From Tricharina praecox (Eukaryota): DNA of 64,000 nt. The notes under the pieces were generated by a model. It worked only from the letters and a program-made list of their open reading frames with translations, did not search any database and had not been told where the DNA came from. This document shows, one piece after another, positions 29,441 to 39,400 of the stretch. The stretch's first letter is position 1. Every line of letters starts with the position of its first letter. The stretch lies in contig NW_026250406.1 in assembly GCF_024521635.1 (NCBI RefSeq), positions 124,001 to 188,000 on the forward strand. The letters run 5' to 3'. The position numbers and the translations under genes were made by a program.

Positions 29441-31252
29441 TGTGAATGATGTAGAAGGAATATTGGGAGGTGGCGAATTGGTGCGGGAGTCGTGCGTTCG
29501 TGCGGGTTGTTTGGATGGCAAGGAGAGAGAGCGTGCTTGAAGGATGAGAAACCTTTCAGCTATAAAGGGTTGTGAAGATGTCAAATCAGGATAGACACCG
29601 GTTGATGGGCAAGCGTCGTTTTCCTGGCTCGGCGCGGGATAGCATTGAGCAGTGAGGGGTTTCCGGGGCACACCCCTCTAGCCAACCAGGGGAGAACCCC
29701 GCTTCCCGAATCTTCCGCTCACTTCTCGACGACAAATCGACGCCCCCAACCAGCTGTGGGTCAATTGCGACAGCCCATGACCGCACGTTGTCGTTTTCCG
29801 CGACGCATTTATCCGGTGCCCACGATCCGTCTGTTAGGTGTCCGCAGCGAGCCAAAGTGCACGTATGCAGACTCAGAGTGCCGTCCACTCCACCACCGGC
29901 AGAGTGCACGCGGCACTCTAGACAGACGGCGCCCTGCAGCAGTATCGCAGATGCGCAGTAGCCCACAATGAACGCCGAACCTGTCTCTTGCAGCGAGGAC
30001 ACAGACCGCCATGTCCGTTCGGCGTTCTCTTCTCCGGTTTCTCCTCGGATTTATCCCAGTCCCGGCCGAAGACACTCCATCACTAAGCCGCTGCAATCTC
30101 GGCTTCTACACCCCGCCAACCCACCCCGCTCCGAGGATGGATGCATGTCAGCTTCTCCGTACGAATGAAATAGCCTGTTGTCAGGAGTCTCCTCCTCAAC
30201 AAACACATCGCCGGCAATAGATAGGCGTCCGTCATATATGCATGGGAAATCGTTAAATTCTATGAGTGCTTTTTCCTCACTGTTTGTTCCGTTGCTCGCG
30301 TTACACGGCGGCGCGCCTACCCTCGATATGTGCGAGGCGAGTTCATTCGCCGTCTTGGTCACTGCCCATCATGTAGAGCTCGGCACTTGTCGCTAAACAC
30401 GTTCTGGGCGACTGCAGCACACCGGCGATAGCGTGGACGTGAGTGACGAGTCGTGAAGGGCTGCGAGGCGAAAACGCTCGTTCCCACCGTATACGGCCGT
30501 AGAACAGAGAGCTTGACACCAAACGAGCTGTATCGCAGCGAGCCGTTCTGGTCTGCTGTTACGGCCGGAATGGTGTGACCATATTCTTTCGATCTGATAG
30601 GTGATTCGCTGGTGTGAAAGGCGAAGGAGCGGCCCCAACAGCGGTGAAGTCGACGTCTCGGCCTGCTACCTAGTTCTGAGTGACCTTGACGAGACCAAAG
30701 CTCTTCGCCGTCACACGAGAAACCACATCTCGGGCGAGTCACGAGTGCACACTTCCGGGGAACTCTGAAGCTGGATCTTTGAGTCCCCATGCCCGGGCCA
30801 ACGATATAGTAACCCTCCATGCGGCAGTTGATTCTGGAGAGAAACAGCCGTGCCTTGTCTCCTCCGGTGTTGGCTATTCATTATCAACTGTAACAGAGAG
30901 GGTCAATACCGAGGGAAGTGCTCCAGTTGAACAAGTTCCGAATGTCCGCAGATGATCCAGCGCGGCGTGTCGGCTCACTATCTGCAAAATCTACGGCTGG
31001 TGTCAAACTGGCCTCTCCGGGGCCCAACAGGCAGCTCCAAGGCGAAAGGGGTGGTTTATAAATGAGGTGGATAGAAGATTATAATAGTATCCGGTACAGC
31101 AAAAACATCATAAGCAGCGAGCTCTCTCTACATACAAATTCCATAGACCAGACAATCTCTGCATCTCCAAACATCCCATATCCCGACACTTCCCGACCCG
31201 AACAGCTCTTCCATCATCGTATCCGCCATAGCGGATCCTCCGATCTTGGTTT

Positions 31253-34047
31253 CAACATCAGGATAGCGCATTTGAACTCGGGAAGTGAAGACTTCCCGAG
31301 CTCTCCGTACAACCGGGTGGGCTTCTTCGAGTGAAAAGGAGGGGTGATTGGCCACGCAGTTATACTGCGCGCCGACATTGAATCTGAAGTTGGCAGTCCT
31401 CGTCAACCCAGACACAGCAAAATGGGAGGTTCGCCTGCTGGTATTCCAGCAGTAGCCAGTCCGCGTGCTGGCGGCGATCGTTTGTCGCCTTGATTCGAAA
31501 CTCCATGATGGCCGGACACCCTAGGGAAATGGATGTGAATGTAGGGCCGAGGCCCTTCTCACCGTCCTGATGAAAGTTAATCTTCTGGTTCTCAAGGTAC
31601 CCCACATTGAGAACCTCGTTAAACTCCACATCAGGGTAGAGCATCTGAACCCTCAGAGTGAGGAGTTCGCGAGCTCTCCGTACAACGGGGTGGACCTCCT
31701 CGAAAATGACGGTCGGTTGGTTCGCCACGTAGTTGTACTGGGCGCCGACATTGTACGTGAAATGGGCAGTCCTTGTCAACCCGGACACAGTCTGCATAGT
31801 TTACCTACGGAAAGGTAGGTTCGCTTACTGGTATTCGGACAGCAGCCAGTCCGCGTCCTGAAATATCCCATTGGTTGCCTTATTGGCAAGCATGTGTGTG
31901 ACGGTCCCGCAACCCGGGGAACAGTTCCAAAATTCTCGGCAGCACAAGGGCTGCATACTGAGCCGCAAAGGCCCCGAAGGGCCCTTGCGACGGACGTCCA
32001 TGGGCGCCGAAGCGCCGTCGTCATCCACATCCAGATCGTCGTCTTCCTTTTCGCTGGGAGACCTATGCTCCCTCCGCTATCGCTTCGAGATTTTCGCCTT
32101 GATGCGAAACTCCATGATGGCCGGACACCCTAGGAAAATAGTTGTGACTGTAGGGCCGAGGCCCTTCTCGCCGTCCTGATGGAAGTTCATCTTCTGGTTC
32201 TCAATGTATCCCACATTGAGAACCTCGTTGAACTCCACATCAGGGTAGAGCAACTGAACCCTCAAAGTGAGGAGTTCGCGAGCTCTCCGTACAACCGGGT
32301 GGGCGTCCTCAAAAGTGACGGTCGGTTGATTCGCCACGTAGGTAGTTGTACTGGGCGCCTACATTGTAGGTGAAATGCGCAGTCCTCGTCAACCCGGACA
32401 CCGCAGTTGGCGCATGACCAACAGTCCCATAACTCTCAGCAGCACAAGGGCTGCAAACTGAGCCGCAAAGGCCCCGAAGGGCCCTTGCGAGGGACGTCCC
32501 CGGGCGCCGAAACGCCATCATCAACCATCACTGGTTTCAGCGGGGAGGGCATTGGTCGCCTTGTTGGCCAACATGTGCGTGGCGGTTCCGCTATCTGGAC
32601 GCTCGAGAGTTTCAGTAAATGTGATGCTCAATCGAAGGCATCAGCGGTCGTGCCAATCTCGGGAATCAGCGACATTTCGAGGTCCTCTTCGGCCGCGGAA
32701 GATTCGGTTTTGATGGTTGGCTTGGGGCGCGGCTTCTTGGAGTTCTCCTCCGAAATGTATCTCGCAGTGGCTGCAATCCTGAAACGCCCGGTAGGAATGG
32801 CCGCGTGCTCCCAGATGGTCTGTATCTTTTCGCCGTGCATGATCACGATGTCTCCGTGATTGAGTTTCAGAGACAGGCGCGCCCGCTTCTTTTCGCCTCT
32901 CTCTTCAGCGGCCTTGTCGTCTTCCTTTTCGCTGGGAGACCAATGCTCCCTCCGTCCTCGCTTCGAGTTTTTCGCCCTGATGCGAAACTCCATGATGGCC
33001 GGTCACCGTAGTTGGCGAATTGCCAACCGTCCCATAACTCTCGGCAGCACAAGGGCTGCAAACTGAGCCGCAAGGGCCCAGAAGGGCCCTTGCGAGGGAC
33101 AACCCCGGGCGCCGAAGCGCCGTCATCATCAACTACCACTGGTTTCAGCGGGGAAGGAGGAGCCTCGGATCCTGCATCCCAAGGCGTCCGCGCATTAAGG
33201 CCTGTCACCGCAGTTCGCACATTTCCAGCAGTCCCAGAACTCCCTGCAGCTCAGACGGCCGCATTTCGCACAGCAAAGGCCCTTCCAGCACTTACGAGAG
33301 ACGTCATCAAGTGCCAAAGTCCCGTCGTCGTCCACATCCATGACAGGCTTGAGGTGTGAAGAAGGAACCTCAGACCCTGCATCTCAAGGCGTCCGCATTG
33401 AGGAAATCATAGTCGTAGACTAGATTCGGTGGAGGAAGATTCACACCATCCATCTGCCAGATATTAGTAACGAAATGAGACTTTAGGAGACTGGTACTTA
33501 CCGTCCACCACAGTGGACATAGGGAGTTCACCCACATCCATCCTTGTGCATAAACTTGTAGGGACTCTTGGTCCCAAACAAGGCACACTACACCATCAAT
33601 CTGCCAGATATTAGTAACGAAATGTATCTTTAGGAGACTGGTACTTGCCTTCCACCACAGTGGACACAGTGAGTTCATGCTCATCCACCCTTGTGCATAA
33701 ACCTGTGGGGACTCTTGGTCCCCAACAAGGCAGCAGCCAGCACCACCAATCTGCTAGATATTAGTAGCGAAACAAGTCATTAGGAGAGTGGTACTTGCCT
33801 TCCACCATAGTGGAAGCATTGGTTGCCTTATTGGCAAGCATGTGCGTGACGGTCCCGCAATCCGGGAACTCGTACTGCATGATGGTCAAACCATCCTTCA
33901 CCACACGTGTATACGTGATACCGTCTCCAACGCTGTTCTGCGGAACAGTGTGGCCGGTGTAGATGACGCGGTCGGAGTTGGCGGGTTGTGTTTGTGTGAA
34001 GATGGGTCTCCGCTGCGGGTAGACCCGGTCACCGCAGTTCGTGCATT
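31253..34047 (-). pseudogene. Patchwork of about 13 rearranged fragments of the 3' half (40714-42070) of the AlkB-family gene at 39401-42054, in inverted orientation
   Basis: Reverse complement aligns piecewise to the gene. Peptides such as TVSGLTRTAHFTYNVGAQYNY, FHQDGEKGLGPT and LKLNHGDIVIMHG recur. Several pieces carry stops or frameshifts. Confidence 0.95.
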
Positions 34048-36644
34048 GCTAATATTAATGCGACCGAGAGAAAAAAGGAGGAGTAGGGAGAGGATGACGA
34101 GGACGAGGAGGAGGAGAGGATCGTGACCACAAGGGTCTGAGATAGCGATGGTATAGTCGCAAGGACCTGATGTTGAGAGAAGAAGGTGAATGATGGTAGA
34201 GAAAGAAGGAAGACAGGTGGTGGTGGTGGCAGCAGCTTAGATATAAGATTCGTGTGTGTGTGTGGGCGGAAAAAGCACGTCGCGGACAGTGTGGGCGGAC
34301 CGTCGTGGGCGAAAAGCCCGTCGCGGACAGTGCAGGTGGACCGTTGTAGTCGAGGGCGAGGGCAAGGCGACGGCCGCCGAGCAATGCGTGGATGAGCTTG
34401 CGATTATCACCACTCTCGACCGTCGAAGCCACCCCACCCCACCCGTTCCAGAATATTGGTCGACATCATTCCCTCCTGTCTGATATAGTATGTAGCTATA
34501 GGAGTGTAATCGTGCGCATACTCTCTGCAGTCGTTGTAAAACTAATTGCGGCCGAGACCACCACTTTCGCGAAGGATGACGATCCAACCGCACGGATTGT
34601 CACTCGGAAGAAGTATGACTTCACTCCAGATAAACGTGAAGGTCACGATTGCATGGACAGTAGAGTATTCATTGCCATAATCTAGACAGGCCGTAAGCAA
34701 TTGATGATTAGACAAAGCAGCTTATGATTGCATACCTATCTACCACTAAGCTCGAGCCCACTCCTTTTCTTACCGGTGTCCGGTAGGAAGCAGAGGAAAC
34801 CCGACACTGCTCGTGCCCGAGCTCTTTTCCTGTCCACCTCTATCATTCCACCCCAAAGTCTGCTTTGGCGAGTGACTTCCAATGATCAAGTATCGTAGAA
34901 GGCTATCACTCAAATCGCCACACATACTAGCTACGTCAGCAGTGTGTCGTAACTCAATAAAGGCACAAATCGAATACCTATCTCATCCCATACGTCTGGT
35001 CATCTCCCCTCCTTGCCGTAACTGTTCTCCACACGCCGAGTAGTTCCGCACAAACCAGATGCAGAATCAACATTCATGGTTTCGGTATATAAAAGTAAAG
35101 AACATAGAACAGGCTGACAAGTCGTATCCTTTTTCTCAACAGTCAATGTAAGTCCCCGGGGGGCAAGTCCTACCGTACCTGAAAGTTGAAACTCCTTATC
35201 CGGGAGCAACCTGTATTCCAGCCGATTCGCCACCAGCCCCCTCAGAGGCAGCCATCTCTATCGCGCTATGTCAACATTTCATATCGCTCATTGTCCGCCT
35301 CGCTATCGTCAAATTCTAGCTATAGTTCGACGTGTTGTGACTTGCTTCGCTAACCTATTCGATATCTGCTCTTCACCATCTTGGATCCCAGGAGATAGGT
35401 ATAAGTGCGGGATATTGAAAGGACATGCTCCACTCTTTCGATTCGCGTGCTAGGAAACATCAGCATATGCAAAGGCAATGGAGCACCTTAGAACTTACTC
35501 TTTCGAATGACCACGGCCCTGCGGTGGGATTCCCAACGCGGAAGCTTCTCGGATGGAAAACACTAGGTCGGGGAAATGTTCTTCCGAATGCCCCAATGAT
35601 TGCCAATTTGCAATCAGCAATATCTGTTTGCACCCAGCGATGATTAAGCCACCGATGACCCCGAGTCCAAGTATGGCGCTCCTGTCTCATGTGGTCGTAC
35701 GGCGTCTCGAATCCGGAATCAGTGCACCTCCTACGCACCAAGTGCCGAAGCCTCAGACAGTGTCTGGGCGGAGGGCAATGCCGGCGATGGACATTCAGCA
35801 CCCTCTCGGGATCCATTTCGCAAAGTCGCACTCAACTACCCGTTTGCTGGTAGGTACGGAAGCATGCGTCCGTATAGTAATGCCACCCCCAGCCCAGTTT
35901 GAGACCATTCTCTCCAACTCATGGTGTGTCCAGGTCCTTCTCCTTGTCCGTCCGCTCACTTTTCGCTTGCGAAGCTCAGTCTGTCTCTGCGTGCGAAGCA
36001 GTAGTAGGGAATCTGCATCCGAATCGACCACCGGAATACCTCCATGAACGGATTCAAGGCCAAGTGTGTCGTTCGCAGCGATAACGACTTGTCGCCGAGT
36101 CGTTTAGCCCAATGGTTGGTGGTGGTCTCTGGTAGCCCAAACCCGGCGATACCTTGATAGCATTCCACAGCCTGCCGAGTCTTAGCATCTTTTCAAACTT
36201 CTCAATTGTTCTCGGCCTACCAAACTACACATAGCGAAATTGTCGCCGTCGGTAGGAGCTGTCGTCTGTTTGATTCACCCGATAAATTGTCAGTGTTTTG
36301 CTTATAACGCCGGGTAGGTACTTGATAGTGGGACTGACAGCGACAAGTTGGTAGGGTGCTCGTCGCAGCGCGTTCCCGTAGTAACTAACTCGGTAGCTAT
36401 GTTTACTGAATCGAATCGCCGCTCTTGACTTCTCCGCCAGGAATGTCGATACGTCAAACTGCACTCGGTGATATGTAAACAGCCGCTATTTCGGGTGTCG
36501 GCAGGCAGCGTAGCAACAGCTGCAAGCCTGCAACACCAACAAGCTCAATGCCAAGCTCGCCAAAGCTGGTCCGTGCGTCAGGAACGCGAGAACCCCAGAT
36601 TCTTCCTCACACCACCGCCATTGCCACCCGCCATCTCCACGATC

Positions 36645-37084
36645 ATGCCGTCCTCATGCAAAGATATACGTACGTGCGTCGGCCCTCTCCTACTAGCCAG
36701 TCACGGTCCTAACAAGAGCTTTCTTCCTTCCAGGTGCGGCACTGGCCTCGTGCCTTCAGTACTCCGATTGCGTCCTGATCGATCGGAACAAACCGGCCGA
36801 TTGCCTGAGAGAGCCGCTGCTGCAGACGTTACCAACAAGATGTCAGCAGCTTAAGAAGGGCTACGGCGAGTGCAAGTACGACGACCAACCTGCTCCCCGA
36901 CGAGGGCAAGATGGCGATGCTAACGCTGCATAGGCGAGGAATGGTGGACATGCGCAAGCGGTTCCGAGGGAACCAACCGGTTGCCATTCTCGAGGGGAAG
37001 GAACAGTCGAAAAGCGGTGGACAATTGTACGCGGGCAAGCCGGCATATTCGGATCCCAAATCGTCGGAGACCGAGGAAAAATAA
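36645..37084 (+). CDS. PET191: Cytochrome c oxidase assembly factor PET191/COA5 (exons 36645-36669, 36734-36875, 36934-37084)
   Basis: Spliced translation MPSSCKDIRAALASCLQYSDCVLIDRNKPADCLREPLLQTLPTRCQQLKKGYGECKRGMVDMRKRFRGN... matches the PET191 Cys pattern and the CKRGxxDMRKRFRGN signature; both introns are GTACG...CTAAC...AG. Confidence 0.93.
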
Positions 37085-38179
37085 GAGGAGGTATGCGGGC
37101 AGGCGGCCATACTCATGGGCATGATGCGTATCATCGAGGATGCGGTCTGGCGCTGTGGATTGGGACATGTGCTGGGTGTTCTCGGCGGAGTTGTATGATG
37201 AATTCACGAGAGCTATGTACTTGAATAGTGCCGGTAACTTCGGGGCGGGGTCATCTTCTCTTGAAGCACCCGTTCCTCCGAGGAAGAGGAGCTTGAAGCC
37301 CGTCCATCCATAGGAATCAAGGACTATACATCCACGCGACACCCAGGCCACTGCGAAACCATGGACGTTGGGACTCGGGAGCTTCGAGTGTGCTGCCTGT
37401 TCCCAGAGCGTGAGATGTAACTTGTGCGTGCTATGTATAGTATACGGAACAGACCGTTGCTCGTCTGCAGAATTCCAGAATTGCAGGGGTTCATTCGACT
37501 CGGCTGTTCCATTCGGACGTCGATGGCCTAGCTTTTGCCCACTCCCTAAACCCACTGGAAGAATTAAGCAGGCAAGCATGCACACATCCGTCATCGGGGA
37601 AAGAACCACTTGAGCGGGTCGGGAGCACGTGTCGCATAGCCATACATATAACCTCAGTCCAACACCCTACGCGACCACAGCAAGTCACACTCCAAGAGAG
37701 AAGCCAGAGGGGATCGGAGCCAGCTCATCGATAGTTATCGACGTCCGTCCAACGCGATCTACCACCCGTCTCGTGCTGTGGCGGCTAAAGATACCAGCCA
37801 CCACATAAAGATCCACCAGCAGACCAGCCAGACTGCCATCCCGACTGAGCTGTACGTGTCCGTGAGCAGTTTCAATCGAAGCAGGCTCTGGGTGGAAGCG
37901 AATTGAGCTGAATTGACTTGGTTGTCCTGGTAAAAATAGAGTGAAGCAGAAGGAGGAAGCACCAGCAGTACATGCCAGTAGTACATACCAGCAGATTTCG
38001 TGTCTGGAGGAAAGCACTTAAGCCAGCGTAAATTCTCAGTCCGTTGGGAGGACAGCAGCAATAGATCCGGAGCTTCACGATCAAAACAACCGGAGCTTCA
38101 CGATCAAAACAACCAAAGCATCCGGGGCTGTCCAACCAGAGAATCCAGACACATTCAATCTGGGCCAACATAATCAGTG

Positions 38180-38464
38180 TCCTCGCTCAGACTGTCCTCG
38201 CTCAAGCTGTCCTCCTCGCTCAAGCTGTCCTTCTCGCTCAGGCTGTCCCCGCTCAAGCTGTCCTCCTCGCCCAGGCTGTCCTCGCTCAAGCTGTCCTTCT
38301 CGCCCAGGCTGTCCTCGCTCAAGCTGTCCTTCTCGCTCAGGCTGTCCTCGCTCAGGCTGTCCTCGCTCGGGCTGTCCTCCTCGCTCAAGCTGTCCTCCTC
38401 GCTCAAGCTGTCCTCGCTCAAGCTGTCCTCCTCACTCAGGCTGTCCTCGCTCAGGCTGTCCTCG
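38180..38464. repeat. 15/18-bp minisatellite, unit CTCGCTCA(A/G)GCTGTC(CTC/CTT)
   Basis: About 17 imperfect units; the minus-strand reading EDSLS has no in-frame ATG. Confidence 0.9.
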
Positions 38465-38739
38465 AATGACTTCACAGATCTAGCAAGACCCGAGCGCAGC
38501 TTCCCTGCTGTACGTATCGTACATCTGAGGTATCCCGCACATCTAAGGTACCCTGCGCTGCAGCTCTACATTCAATCCGTCCATATCGGGTAACCTCCCT
38601 CTAGATCTGTCGTTGTCCTGCAGCTCCATAGAACTTTTCCCTCTTGGAACCTTCAAAAGGCACGGCCAGCAACGGTCTCCTAGCAACCATTCAATTGCAC
38701 CACACGGTCTTTTGAGCAAGTAGTGTGCTCGCCGCCATC

Positions 38740-38745
38740 TATAAA
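38740..38745 (+). promoter_or_regulatory. Probable TATA box of the AlkB-family gene; 5'-UTR intron signals at 38894-39305
   Basis: TATAAA followed by a pyrimidine-rich leader, GTAAGT donors at 38894 and 39146, and GCTGAC...TACAG acceptor ending at 39305. Confidence 0.55.
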
Positions 38746-39400
38746 GACCCCCCGGTCGTCCCATCTTCTGGTTTTTTTCATCCCATCCTCCTCAATCCTT
38801 CAATCCTCCATAGATCCTTCACAACCTCCGACAATTTCCTTCCACAATTTCCTTCCACACATTCCTTCCACAGTTTCCTTGCACCCAAATAAAGTAAGTT
38901 CAATCTCCTTCATCGTCCGATAGTTTCATCTCTGGTTCCATCGGTGCACTTGCAATTATTCGGCGAACCATTGTGGCGGTGCACAATGTATCATCAGTAG
39001 TGGCTCGCCGAACTTTGTCGTGCATTTCTGTTCCTTATTTTCGACTTTCCCTTTAGCTGTCTCGCCCACCGGTTGATAATGAATGGGAGCTGACCCTCAG
39101 TTGATAGGAACACAATGGAATCATCATCTATTCCAAAGAGCCTCAGTAAGTACCCTCGCTGGCCTGTTTCATCTCTTTCACATCCTCTCTCACCTGTCTT
39201 ATCGCCTTGGAACGATTCTATCTTTGTTAACCTTTGTTTTTCTTTCCTCATGTTGCGAGAATTTATCATGTATCCATCAATGCTGACATCCTGCTCCCGC
39301 TACAGACGGCGAGACTGGTTCTCTGGAACTGGTTTCTAGCCCGCTCTCCAGCCCCCCATCCACCATTCTGACGCCTGTATTTGGGCCGATCAATGAAGTC

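Noticed and set aside
29876..29921. Hairpin AGAGTGCCG...CGGCACTCT followed by CTAG, as a Helitron 3' end
   Set aside because: CTAG overlaps the stem and is not followed by T; no Rep/helicase remnants seen.
31253..34047. RIP-mutated or retrotransposed pseudogene
   Set aside because: Differences include many transversions, GC content is retained and the intron is present.
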